Part shown: positions 49,069 through 59,396 of the stretch, in pieces
Layout: each line of letters starts with the position of its first letter
How positions within the stretch are numbered: position 1 is the first letter of the stretch
Made by a program: the position numbers and the translations under genes
Assembly (NCBI GenBank): GCA_036337435.1
Contig: JAYZEG010000010.1
Span: forward strand, 25,171 to 89,170
Reading direction: 5' to 3'
Origin: Myxococcota bacterium
Lineage (GTDB): Bacteria > Myxococcota_A > Bradymonadia > UBA7976 > UBA1532
Length of the DNA stretch: 64,000 nucleotides
The notes under the pieces: generated by a model
Told to the model about the DNA's origin: nothing
The model's database searches: none
Seen by the model: only the letters and a program-made list of their open reading frames with translations

Positions 49069-49854
49069 ATGTCAAAATTATTGCTGATGGTCTTTGTCTT
49101 TACGGCGGTTGGAGCGCAGGCCCATAAACCGAGCTTCTCGAACGGTGAATTTAAATCCTTTGACACCGCGTGGCCTATCCAGAACATGGCGACCTCAATC
49201 GTTCTCTACCACGACGTGACCTGTGAATCAGACCAACTTTGGCTCGAATTCAGCTCCGTTGGTGAAGAGGAACTATTCGTTCAGTTAGGTGTTCCCGTGA
49301 TAGAGCGGCTGACGGACTATCGCCCGTCTATCGCCATCCTTGCCGCCGGTCTCCCCCCCATAAACGATACCGTCCCTTTTGAAATCCCCGATGGACTCGG
49401 TGGCATCGTCTACCATTCGAGCCAAATCGAAGCACCGACTGACTTCTACGAGCCGTTTTCACAAACTGAATCGTGGATTCTCTTGGAGACGACAAAAATC
49501 ATAGAGCAAGCCGGAACGGGTTATGTTGTCGCCTGGGTTCCAGAAAACACCACGGGAAAACTCTGGGTCGCCATCGGAACGGTTGAAGATTTCAGTGACG
49601 TTGAGCCGACCGACTTTTCATCTTGGCTCGAGCAAACCCAAGAATACCATGAGACGGGGCCCTACTCCGATACGCAGCAGTCAGAAGTGTCCTGCCAGCC
49701 TGTGGATGAGATGAACCCTGTATCGGCCGCGTCAGCGGGCTGCGCGACAGCGCACGGCCACCCGCAGCAAAGTTCATTCGTCATGTTGGCCGTGCTTGGA
49801 CTGATCATGCTCCGCGGTCGACAAAAGCACCTTCATCGTCGGCAGCGAATTTGA
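49069..49854 (+). CDS. secreted protein with predicted N-terminal His after signal cleavage and MYXO-CTERM-like tail
   Basis: Signal ..AVGAQA|HKPSF leaves His as the first mature residue. C-terminus ..SAGCATAHGHPQQSSFVMLAVLGLIMLRGRQKHLHRRQRI has a GC motif, hydrophobic helix and basic cluster. Confidence 0.6.
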   Translation: MSKLLLMVFVFTAVGAQAHKPSFSNGEFKSFDTAWPIQNMATSIVLYHDVTCESDQLWLEFSSVGEEELFVQLGVPVIERLTDYRPSIAILAAGLPPINDTVPFEIPDGLGGIVYHSSQIEAPTDFYEPFSQTESWILLETTKIIEQAGTGYVVAWVPENTTGKLWVAIGTVEDFSDVEPTDFSSWLEQTQEYHETGPYSDTQQSEVSCQPVDEMNPVSAASAGCATAHGHPQQSSFVMLAVLGLIMLRGRQKHLHRRQRI

Positions 49855-49887
49855 GTCGTCAGGCTAGACTGAACGCTGGCGATATAC

Positions 49888-51483
49888 CTACCCAAGCACG
49901 CTGAAGTCGGCGAAGAGCGCGTAGATCGCTAAGACACAAACAATGAGGATCGTGCCCACCTTGGACGCATGCGGCCAAGGCGTAATGTCAACGTCACCGC
50001 TGTGCACATGCACCCACGACTCAGCGCGCGGTCGAATGGATGTGATCGCCATCATGAGCACAATTAAGAGCCCAAACACAGCACCGAGAAAGTGAAACTC
50101 ATGCATACTTGCCACAAGACCAGAGAAAGCCGGGACAAAGTACCCGAGGGCGATCAAGATAAAGCCCAAGACGAGAGCGACTTTAGCAGCGATAGCTGGG
50201 ACACGTCGATTCAAAATCCCCAAAAGGACGACTGAGAAAATGGGGATGAAGTACATGCCATTCATTTTCTGGAGGTAACCAAAAATACTATCCTGGCCGG
50301 CGAGTAGCGGTGCCACGCTCATTGCGATCAAAGCAACGACCCAGCCAAAGCGTTTGCTCACAACAACAACTCGGTCATCGCTTGCATCTCGATTAATCAA
50401 TTTCTTGTAGATGCCTAAGCTGAACAAGGTGGAGACACTGTTGAGAGCCGAGTTGAAGGAACTCAAGATGGCGCCCACCATGACGGCAGCAAAAAAACCA
50501 ACGAGGGGTTTTGGCAGTGCATTGCGGACCAAATGGCCGTATGCATCATCGGCTTTTATAGAGTCGCCATAAAGGTGGAATGCGATCAGACCAGGCAGAA
50601 CAAGAATCAATGGACCCAGTAGTTTCAGCCCACCCGCCATCAAAACACCTTTTTGGCCTTCGGCCAGATTGCTCGCACCGAATGTTCGTTGAATGATTTG
50701 CTGGTTTGTACACCAATAGAAGAGATTCAATAGCAATACGCCGGTAAACAAAGTGGAGAATGGCACCGATTGAGATGGCCCACCGATGGAGTTCATTTTC
50801 TCCGGGTTGGCCTCCTGCATCAGAGCCAGTGCTTTGAAAACACCCTCATCACTGATGAGATTTAGTCCGAAGATCGTGATCATGATGCCACCGACCAACA
50901 AGCCAAACCCATTTATGGTGTCAGACACAGCGACTGTTCTCAGACCACCGTATATGGCATACACAGAGCCGATTAAGCCGACCAGCCAAACAGTAAACCA
51001 AAGCTGTCCAGAATCGGTCCCAATCCCCGTCAACGACTGTAATTCGAGCATGCCATTCAGGCCTTTAGCACCCGTGTATAAGATGATGGGCAAAAGCAGA
51101 CCGGCATAGGCGATCACGAAGATGAAAGTGGTAATGATTCGAGTTTGCTCATCAAATCGAACTTCGAGGAACTGAGGAACCGTCGTAATCCCACTCTTCA
51201 AAAAACGCGGCAGGAAGAAGAGAGCCATCAAAACCAAAGCCACGACAGCGACGACTTCCCACGCCATGACGGAAAAGCCATCCCTAAAAGCGGCTCCATT
51301 CAGACCAACCAATTGCTCAGTAGATAGGTTGGTGAGCATTAACGAGCCAGCAATAAATCCGGCTGTGAGCGTTCGACCACCTAGAAAATAACCAGTAGAG
51401 CTACCGTGGTCATCATTTTTTGTCATGACAAATGTAATGACTGCCACGAGACCTGTGAAAAAGATAAAGGTACCTAGAACCAT
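49888..51483 (-). CDS. sodium:solute symporter (SSS family)
   Basis: 13-14 TM helices and the SSF N-terminal pattern ..[36 protein letters not shown].. Confidence 0.8.
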   Translation of the reverse strand: MVLGTFIFFTGLVAVITFVMTKNDDHGSSTGYFLGGRTLTAGFIAGSLMLTNLSTEQLVGLNGAAFRDGFSVMAWEVVAVVALVLMALFFLPRFLKSGITTVPQFLEVRFDEQTRIITTFIFVIAYAGLLLPIILYTGAKGLNGMLELQSLTGIGTDSGQLWFTVWLVGLIGSVYAIYGGLRTVAVSDTINGFGLLVGGIMITIFGLNLISDEGVFKALALMQEANPEKMNSIGGPSQSVPFSTLFTGVLLLNLFYWCTNQQIIQRTFGASNLAEGQKGVLMAGGLKLLGPLILVLPGLIAFHLYGDSIKADDAYGHLVRNALPKPLVGFFAAVMVGAILSSFNSALNSVSTLFSLGIYKKLINRDASDDRVVVVSKRFGWVVALIAMSVAPLLAGQDSIFGYLQKMNGMYFIPIFSVVLLGILNRRVPAIAAKVALVLGFILIALGYFVPAFSGLVASMHEFHFLGAVFGLLIVLMMAITSIRPRAESWVHVHSGDVDITPWPHASKVGTILIVCVLAIYALFADFSVLG

Positions 51484-51736
51484 GTTCCTAATCCTTGGAT
51501 ATGCTCGATTTTTGCGACACCCGCAACGCGAATTGTGGTGATTTTGAGCGGCACCATACCACCAGAAAATCGCTCGTCAACGCCTTTACTGAAATCCACA
51601 ACGCTGCCGACGGGCAATGGAGGAATCTGGGCCAAAAAAATAAGCTTCAAGGCTTCTTAGCTTGACCTAGGGACCCAAGCTGTAAACAGTGTGATCCATC
51701 ACATATTTGACCGACACTTCTCCCGGGAGACTCTGA

Positions 51737-53905
51737 ATGAAAATCTGGATCGTAACCTGCTTGACTGGACTCATCTACATGGGCTGCGGCCAGGGTGCAT
51801 CTAGCACCAACCAAGATAACGCAGATGAAAAAAAGGCCAATCTACCGAGCCGTGTTCAAATTGAACGAACGCTATCAGATAATGGCACTATCGGCCTGGC
51901 GGGCTTCGACTCACCTCATCTCATTCTCCAAAACCTGATAAGCATTGTGGGTGAGATCAAAGCAAAGGCTGAAAAGACGTCCCCGAACGATGTGCTCGAT
52001 GCCATAACAAAGATCTCGAGTGCGGAAGAACGGACCAAGTTCATCGGCTTTGACCCGGCGACGGAAGCCGGTTGGAAATCCATCGGGATTGATCCTGGGC
52101 TGGGCCTGTATGTTGTCGGTGAGAAGACCCTTTTTCAACCGAGAAACCCGTTCATGTTTGGATTCGGATTAGAAAGCCGTGAAAAGTTCCTTAAATTCCT
52201 TCATTCGAAAGGGAAACAGACCCAATTCGTTAAGGGAGAGAACGGTGTTGATACAGTCGTAGCAAACCAAAGGGTCATGGGGCTGCTCGGTCAGCGAGGT
52301 GCCTACACCTACTTGCTGCCGCTCTCGAAAAACACCAAGAATTTGGAGCAGCTCAAAGTTTCATTCAGCAACTTCGTAAAGTCTCCGTCTAAGGATTCAG
52401 CTGGCTCGAAAATCCCAGGTCAAAGCGGGGCAGCGCAGTTCATCGGACTGATAAATTTCGACCCTCTTTTTGACATCATTAAAGAGACCGGACAAGGGCC
52501 ACAAGCCGACATTGAATTTTACAAACAGACGCTCAAGACCTTTGGCATCCGAAACGGCTCCGGGGTGATGGCGGCCCACCTCAAGGTCAAAAAAACAGGC
52601 CTAGAGGCCTTACAAAAAGTATTCGGGTCATCGACAAAAATGACCGCTGCAAAATTCTACGGAACGAGCGACTGGGCGTTAGTGCGGCTGTCTGTAAACT
52701 GGTCGGAATTCTTTCAAGGCGTATCCGAACTAATGCCCCCGTCCATGGCCCAACAGCGCATGGTAGTCACCATGGCGCAGACGGCCATCGCAACAAGCAT
52801 GGGGTTTAGCCAAGAGACGTTCAGAGAGGCTTTATCTGGGCATATCATGTTCGGTGTGGATCTCGCATCTGTCAAGAGCGACCAGCCTGAGGTTTTATTT
52901 TCTGAGACGCGGGCGGTCATCGCTTTGGAGACCAAAAACGCCAAGGCAGCGAAAGTGTTCACCGATACGGTGATGGCAAAACTGGCGACCCATCCAGACC
53001 CCCGATTGATACCCAAAGCCCAGAGCTTCGGGGACTATGATGGCTACCATTGGCCAGCTGCTCCAGGACGTCCGGCGTTGGCACTTGCCGAGGGTGCCAT
53101 TCTCATCGGTCCAAATGCGGACAGCGTCAAGCAAGCACTTGAGCGGTCCAAAAAAAACAACTTTGCAAGTACCCAATCCGGAGTCTCAATTCAGGCTGAT
53201 GGCATCATTTTCGGATACCACGTGTCCTATCATGATGTTCTGAAGATGATTGTTAGAGTCGCGCGCTCGTCAAAAAACCAAAATCAAACCGACCGAGAGG
53301 GTATCGCGGCGTTAGCGAAGATGGTGAATCAATCAAAAACGTCGGAACCAATCGAGATGTCTTTGAAACTCGACGATGGAATCAAATTTGAGCACGAAGG
53401 GGAATTGATCGGGATGAAGTTCATATCGGGCATCATTTCAGCCATTGCCATCCCTGCTTTCACAGAACTCCAAAAGAAATCGAAGAGCACCGAAGCAAAG
53501 GTGAACCTCCAGCGCTTATCTATGGCGCAACGTACGTACTACGAGGCCGACATCGCTGATGCCAGCGGTAAGTTACTGCCACAACAATTTGCAGGCCCAT
53601 CCAAACTGGTGCCCGGTAACCCGACCAAGTTCATGTGTAAAGACGGGAAGCCCATCCAGTTCAAGCCGACTCCGGAAACATTTGCGGCTCCTGTTTGGCA
53701 GGCGTTGAACTTCGCGATAGAAGACCCGTTTCGATATGCGTATCAGGTCGAGGTTGACGGAACGGGCACACTGTCCAGATTCACGGTGCGCGCCGTGGGC
53801 GATCTCGACTGTGATGGACAATTGTCTACCTTTGAACGGTTTGGCAGTATCCAAAAAGGGGGTGCTGTTTCTGTTGGGCGGTCCTCGAAAAATGAGCTCG
53901 AATAG
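51737..53905 (+). CDS. large lipoprotein with C-terminal type IV pilin-like domain
   Basis: Lipobox LIYMGCGQ. Residues about 590-722 (..GIISAIAIPAFTELQKKSKSTEAKVNLQRLSMAQRTYY... CKDG...DLDCDG) resemble a pilin alpha1 helix plus a disulfide-bonded D-region. Being internal, the domain cannot be PilD-processed. Confidence 0.65.
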   Translation: MKIWIVTCLTGLIYMGCGQGASSTNQDNADEKKANLPSRVQIERTLSDNGTIGLAGFDSPHLILQNLISIVGEIKAKAEKTSPNDVLDAITKISSAEERTKFIGFDPATEAGWKSIGIDPGLGLYVVGEKTLFQPRNPFMFGFGLESREKFLKFLHSKGKQTQFVKGENGVDTVVANQRVMGLLGQRGAYTYLLPLSKNTKNLEQLKVSFSNFVKSPSKDSAGSKIPGQSGAAQFIGLINFDPLFDIIKETGQGPQADIEFYKQTLKTFGIRNGSGVMAAHLKVKKTGLEALQKVFGSSTKMTAAKFYGTSDWALVRLSVNWSEFFQGVSELMPPSMAQQRMVVTMAQTAIATSMGFSQETFREALSGHIMFGVDLASVKSDQPEVLFSETRAVIALETKNAKAAKVFTDTVMAKLATHPDPRLIPKAQSFGDYDGYHWPAAPGRPALALAEGAILIGPNADSVKQALERSKKNNFASTQSGVSIQADGIIFGYHVSYHDVLKMIVRVARSSKNQNQTDREGIAALAKMVNQSKTSEPIEMSLKLDDGIKFEHEGELIGMKFISGIISAIAIPAFTELQKKSKSTEAKVNLQRLSMAQRTYYEADIADASGKLLPQQFAGPSKLVPGNPTKFMCKDGKPIQFKPTPETFAAPVWQALNFAIEDPFRYAYQVEVDGTGTLSRFTVRAVGDLDCDGQLSTFERFGSIQKGGAVSVGRSSKNELE

Positions 53906-54056
53906 GGGTTGACCACCCACGTTTTCTCACTGCCGGTGAGTGCTGTTCCCTAAGCCAGTAAGGCTCATAATTCTTGCGATTCTCTTGCGCTCTGGTGCGT
54001 TCTCATCCAAGCTCAACCAAATAAATCGCTCAAATCCTTAAAACCTGGGGGGGATC

Positions 54057-54755
54057 ATGCCACTTTCTAAGAAGCTTGCCGCGGAATTTTTTGGCACATT
54101 TTGGCTCGTGTTTGGCGGGTGCGGAAGTGCAGTACTCGCAGCCGGATATCCAACTCTCGGAATCGGGTTTGTTGGTGTGTCATTGGCATTCGGCCTGACG
54201 GTATTGACCATGGCCTATGCCGTCGGTCACATTTCAGGCGGGCATTTTAATCCTGCGGTGACCGTCGGTTTATGGGCTGGGGGCCGCCATCCGGCAAAGG
54301 AGATTATCCCCTATTGGATCTCACAGGTCGTTGGTGCCGTTGCAGCCGCAGCCGTCCTATATGTGATCGCAAGTGGCAAAGCGGGCTTCGATCTCGCAGG
54401 TGGTTTTGCATCAAATGGATACGGCGAACATTCACCCGACAAATATTCGATGACCGCTGCGCTCATCGCAGAAATTGTTCTCACGATGTTTTTCGTCTTG
54501 ATCATCTTAGGGTCGACAGACAGTCGGGCACCTGCGGGCTTCGCACCTATCGCCATTGGTCTCGGTCTGACATTAATCCATCTCATCAGCATTCCTGTCA
54601 CCAACACATCAGTCAATCCGGCGCGAAGTACGGGTCCTGCTCTCTTCGTTGGTGATTGGGCCACGTCCCAACTCTGGCTTTTCTGGGTCGCCCCCTTGGT
54701 TGGCGCCGCCATTGGTGGGATTCTCTACAAAGGCTTGTTCGATAAGGCTGAATGA
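54057..54755 (+). CDS. aqpZ: aquaporin Z
   Basis: Two NPA boxes ([15 protein letters not shown]), ..[20 protein letters not shown].. and six TM helices. Confidence 0.9.
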   Translation: MPLSKKLAAEFFGTFWLVFGGCGSAVLAAGYPTLGIGFVGVSLAFGLTVLTMAYAVGHISGGHFNPAVTVGLWAGGRHPAKEIIPYWISQVVGAVAAAAVLYVIASGKAGFDLAGGFASNGYGEHSPDKYSMTAALIAEIVLTMFFVLIILGSTDSRAPAGFAPIAIGLGLTLIHLISIPVTNTSVNPARSTGPALFVGDWATSQLWLFWVAPLVGAAIGGILYKGLFDKAE

Positions 54756-54785
54756 GCCACTAAAGCGTTGTAGCTCATCACTGAT

Positions 54786-55091
54786 TCACTCGACTCGATC
54801 GACAACGATACCCCGGTCTTCGAGGAACCGTTTTGCTTTCGAACACAGCGGCGCATCTGCGATAAGCAAATGACCTTGGAGCGTTCGCCCTACATGAGAC
54901 GATGCAACGCTAAGGACTTCAACAAATGCCTCTGCATCCTTTCTGAGAACCCGAGACTTTCTCTTGATTAAGCGGACACAATTGTCGCCGTATACGTACA
55001 GCCCACCTCGACCCTTCAAGCCAATGTCTTTGAGTTCTAAGTTTGGGTGCTCACCATCGAGGATTATCTGACGTTGTTCTGTTGTAATCAT
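54786..55091 (-). CDS. hypothetical protein
   Basis: 101-aa ORF with no signal or motif. Confidence 0.35.
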   Translation of the reverse strand: MITTEQRQIILDGEHPNLELKDIGLKGRGGLYVYGDNCVRLIKRKSRVLRKDAEAFVEVLSVASSHVGRTLQGHLLIADAPLCSKAKRFLEDRGIVVDRVE

Positions 55092-55306
55092 GGTCTACCC
55101 TATTTTGAACATCGGAGATGGTTTTTCACCAACCATACGGCAAGTTATGATGCATCCCAAGCAACATTGGCACCACATCAATGGTTGGCTGTCTTCAAAA
55201 CCTGATGGGCACAATTGGGCTCAGCGTGGAAGAAATAAATAAAAGTTTAGACCGATTCTAACCGTCAGACGTTTATCTGACCGACGCCACAAGCTGGGGG
55301 GACCTT

Positions 55307-56071
55307 ATGAATCAAGCGCGGGCTAGAATTACATTAATTTCACTTTTTTTCGGAGCATGGTTTGGCGGATGCCAAATGCCAAATGCCTCGGACCGACTCA
55401 GCTGGGACAGAATCCATAGTGATATCAACCAAGACCCTATCCTTACTCATGATGGGATCGATGATGTTCTGAGCAAACTCGACACAAGAAGACTGAGTGA
55501 ACTTCCCGATGAATATCGACGGACTGCCAAATTAGACCAAATAGCTCGGTCCCATTATCGCCATCGCACGTTCTATGTTGTTCGACCGAGCGATCGGCAA
55601 AAGTTCGTCGTCGGCCATTTTCGGATCAGAGATTTTCTGCCTGAAACCAGTGCCGCTGATGCCCATGGTGATGAACAAAGCCCCCATTTTGACTGGCCCG
55701 TAGATGCTGAAGAGACCTACCTTCTCATCGATTCCAATTTGCTTCATCGGCTCTTAGATCTGATCCTAGAACTCAAGAAGCAAGGACACGACCATGAGGC
55801 GATGACCATCTACTACGGCTATAGGCCACCTGCTCATAACCACAGCATTAATGGAGCAAAGAAAAGCCAGCATTTATTCGGAAAAGCAGTGGATATGTGG
55901 GCTGGCGACATCAACCGTGATGGAGAAACAGACATGGACGACAAAATGATCATCCTCAATATTCTCGAAAGAAAAATTTTCCGTGGGACGGGTGGTGTCG
56001 GACGTTATTTGGACGACCCGAGAGCCATTCATTTCGACACCCGACGGAAAAAAGGGCGATGGGACAAGTAA
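55307..56071 (+). CDS. peptidase M15-like (DUF882/YcbK-type) lipoprotein
   Basis: Lipobox WFGGC. ..YGYRPPAHNHSINGAKKSQHLFGKAVDMW.. matches the DUF882/M15A zinc-ligand arrangement (H..., D...H). Confidence 0.7.
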   Translation: MNQARARITLISLFFGAWFGGCQMPNASDRLSWDRIHSDINQDPILTHDGIDDVLSKLDTRRLSELPDEYRRTAKLDQIARSHYRHRTFYVVRPSDRQKFVVGHFRIRDFLPETSAADAHGDEQSPHFDWPVDAEETYLLIDSNLLHRLLDLILELKKQGHDHEAMTIYYGYRPPAHNHSINGAKKSQHLFGKAVDMWAGDINRDGETDMDDKMIILNILERKIFRGTGGVGRYLDDPRAIHFDTRRKKGRWDK

Positions 56072-56593
56072 ATCTCTACACGCTGTCCCGACCCATTAAT
56101 TGACCATCCGAGGTGTTCTGAGAACATCTCATTGAAATCACCAACAGGGGGCACGTAAATCATTGTACTCAAGGCACGATTGCCTCAACGAGTAAAATTC
56201 CATCAAGCTTTTCTTTGGCTCGTGTACCATGGACCAGGGGGGTACATGGGGGGTCAACTGGCCGGTCGGGTCAACACAATTTGCCTACACATCATTGGAT
56301 GGCTGCTGCTCGTTTCCGGGTGCGGGGACATCAAAGACCAGCCACGGGCCCCGTCCAGCGACGCAGGAACTCTTGATTACAGTATGGCTGACACATCGCT
56401 TGATGTCTCATATACCCCCAATTGATTCGACCATTGACCTGACCGGCCTCGATGCCGTGACGGCCGAGGACATGACCGCACTCATTGATGGACCCATTTG
56501 AGACAGTATCGAAATCAACTTGGATTCAACGGCCCCTGACGATGCAAGACGGCCCCCCGATGCGCTCGATTCAGCGACACTTGGGACCTAGGT

Positions 56594-56699
56594 GTCGTAC
56601 TGACACCCGGAATCATCCACAATGAGCTGCGCCGGGTCGCTGGCATAAGCGGGACTGCTCTCGATACTCAATTCGCCATCTCAGCAGACCATCAAGCAC
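56594..56699 (+). repeat. direct repeat copy A (about 105 bp, about 75% identical to 57829-57932)
   Basis: ..CTGACACcCGGaATCATC...GCTCTcGATaCTCaATTCgCCATCTCAgCAGAC..AGCAC. Encodes a stop-bounded peptide fragment ..TALDTQFAISADHQALL. Confidence 0.6.
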
Positions 56700-56993
56700 T
56701 TCTCTTACGCGCGTGAGTTAACTCAATGCCTCGGTCTCATCGATTTAACCAAGCAAATCCAAACGTTCAGATTGTGATGCAATTAAACCGAGAGCAATCG
56801 GCACGAGGAACAGACCGCAACGACACGCCGGTCGTGACTGCGCAGCTGTCTAGACGAGCAACAACAGACTGTTTCTCGAGCTGACACGTTGGCGAAATTA
56901 AGTCCCTGCACAACAATCAACTCAATTTCGCCCACCCAAGGGGAACCCACAAGATATGAACGCTCTGCGAAAACTCCAGCGAGACGGCTCGGC

Positions 56994-57554
56994 CTACTGA
57001 CTTGCGTAACACGTTGGAGAAATTGCCTTGCAGGACTCAAATTCGACCCGGTCTTCAGATGTGCAAATCGCTTGCGCATCGGCGGTAATGACCAGTTTAA
57101 ACAGGTCGTCCTGACATCTGATAATCTCTGCGGTGGTCGCCGTACATCCACGGTCTCTCAAAATCTTGAAGTTGTGAATACACCCAGCAAACTGACATGC
57201 TGGAGAGGCGTCGTGGTGGTCTAAATCACACGCTTCCCCTGTATCCATATTCGTCGAATCGACAACGAGGTCTGCCTTATCCAAGCACTCTTCAACGGAC
57301 GCTAAGCAGTCGTCCATGACAGGGGCAGAGTCGGCTGCCGCGTAGCAGTTACTGCGCATGCTGAAGATATACTGTGGCAATACGCGGGTCTCACAAATGG
57401 CATTGATTTCGCCATCGGTCAGTGATTGAACAACCACCTCTTTATCATATCGTTCGTACTCATCATCGACGGTATCAATATCCCGTTCATCGCCACATGC
57501 AACGAGGGTGATTGTGATTACGAGTAGTGTAATTAGTTTCGTAAATGAGCTCAT
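56994..57554 (-). CDS. Cys-rich hypothetical lipoprotein
   Basis: Lipobox ITLVACGD. 14 Cys in 186 aa. Flanked by the direct repeats at 56594 and 57829. Confidence 0.5.
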   Translation of the reverse strand: MSSFTKLITLLVITITLVACGDERDIDTVDDEYERYDKEVVVQSLTDGEINAICETRVLPQYIFSMRSNCYAAADSAPVMDDCLASVEECLDKADLVVDSTNMDTGEACDLDHHDASPACQFAGCIHNFKILRDRGCTATTAEIIRCQDDLFKLVITADAQAICTSEDRVEFESCKAISPTCYASQ

Positions 57555-57828
57555 GTGACATCATCCTGTGTTTTTAGATTCGGTTGGGTACAGAGCACGG
57601 GCCATGCCAAAATTCGGAAAATTATGGCTGTCGCCTCAACCTGGGCTTTGACTAAGGTCTTATGGCGGCTGTCTTGTTGACCGAATGTGAATCTCAGTTC
57701 ACAAGCGGTGCGCGGAAACTGTAAACGGATCTTAACAATGCGCTCGCCAAGTGGAGCACAACCTCACGAATGGGTCAGAGACGAGACCGGATTGACCACC
57801 GTCTGCGCGTCTAAGAAATCGTCCCTTT

Positions 57829-57932
57829 TGTGCTGACACTCGGCATCATCTAAAACCAGCTCTGCAAAATAGATTGCGCCAATTGGACCGCTCTTGATTC
57901 TCGATTCACCATCTCAACAGACGTTCGAGCAC
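57829..57932 (+). repeat. direct repeat copy B
   Basis: Aligns with copy A. Encodes the paralogous fragment ..TALDSRFTISTDVRAPEH. Confidence 0.6.
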
Positions 57933-58400
57933 CTGAGCATTGAGCCCAAGGTTCCCTCGGTTTAAAACCGCGGCTGAGTTCGCCCATTGAAAAATCAGAA
58001 CACGATCGACGTAAACGATATTTGGATAACGATGATGAAATTCAAAAAGGTCTGTCAGCGTGAGTGTGTACAAACCGGGCTAGCCACTAAAGACAGGGTC
58101 ACCCTAAAAAGATGCATTGGTTCCACAGCTGAATCAGATGAGGCGTTTCTAAGATGAACCCTTGGTCAATCCAGGGTCCAAGACTGAGAATATATCCACA
58201 AGCGACATTCATATTCGACTCCCTCGCTTACACGCTGACTCAGTAAAAATCAGTACCGAGCTATTGTTTGGGTGCGATGGAGCGATTTTGTTCCAGCCCA
58301 TAGCGAAATTAGTGATCTCATGAGCTTTTCCATCCAGATTTGCCATTGTATGCGGCGACAAACTACGGTGAGCAAGCCATAAGCCAGACCATGACGGACC

Positions 58401-59231
58401 TCATTCCTCAAGTCGCGCTCGAACATACTCGCGAGTTGGGTCATGACCGGTGTCGACCTCGAGAACGGCGATATTTAATGAATTCAATGTCTCCAGATGA
58501 GACGGTGATAGCTGCTCGCCGAGCTCTGCCTTCACTTTGTCGGAAAGAGTGCCGAATGCGGCCATATAAGTCGTGTCTTCGCCGGGTACTTTTTCAGTGA
58601 AGATGCGCTTAAACAGCTTTTTAGCGGGTTGTTTTTCACCCGCGCGAATGTCGTCTACCAAATCATCAATCAGGCTTCCTCCATCGGAGCGCTGTCTTTT
58701 GAGGAGAGCAAGTGCCTCTTCTTTACCCGCATTGAAAACGTCATTGGCTGCATTAGCCTCCGCGTCGGTCAGGGCTAACTTTTCAATTAACTTGTCCATG
58801 GGTGCTTTCCATTGGCCGGCCCAATTTAGTTCAGATTTCTTCCGCTTTAATTGCTTTATCTTCTCTTCGACAGTCTGCTCAACACGCTTGACCAACTCAT
58901 CGGAAAGTGCGGCGGACCGCCCGTCAGCGGATGGCAGCAGGTCTCTTCTATCCGATGGGTTATCCAACGGACGACCACCTTCATTTTTAAGTAATTTAAT
59001 CCGTCGTTCGAGTCCGTTTAAGCGGCGATCAATTTGCCCATTCATTTGGTCGAGCTGTCGATTAAGCAGTCGAACTTCGGCTTCTAAATCGGCCAGACGT
59101 TGTGGGTCTATTTCTGCTGATGGTTGAGTTGGCTGTTGTTTTTCTGTCCTTGGTTTCTCACGGACCATCCAATAGACGAGCCCACCGGAAATCAAGGCGA
59201 CTAAAGCCAGCTTGCTAAAATGAATCCACAC
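58401..59231 (-). CDS. hypothetical membrane-anchored coiled-coil protein
   Basis: N-terminal TM (LALVALISGGLVYWMV), then heptad-like Glu/Leu/Arg-rich sequence. Confidence 0.5.
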   Translation of the reverse strand: MWIHFSKLALVALISGGLVYWMVREKPRTEKQQPTQPSAEIDPQRLADLEAEVRLLNRQLDQMNGQIDRRLNGLERRIKLLKNEGGRPLDNPSDRRDLLPSADGRSAALSDELVKRVEQTVEEKIKQLKRKKSELNWAGQWKAPMDKLIEKLALTDAEANAANDVFNAGKEEALALLKRQRSDGGSLIDDLVDDIRAGEKQPAKKLFKRIFTEKVPGEDTTYMAAFGTLSDKVKAELGEQLSPSHLETLNSLNIAVLEVDTGHDPTREYVRARLEE

Positions 59232-59396
59232 GATGGGGCTCTCCTGAGTGTTCGTAGACTGGTTAAAAAACGGTTCAGTGTTCGGATTGACTCACGCGAT
59301 CAAAACTTAAGACCCATCGGTGTAACAGCAGCATGCCATCCCCCAATTTCCCTCGATTTCGCAGTCGTTCAACTCGAGGTTGGGCTTTTTGTTACC

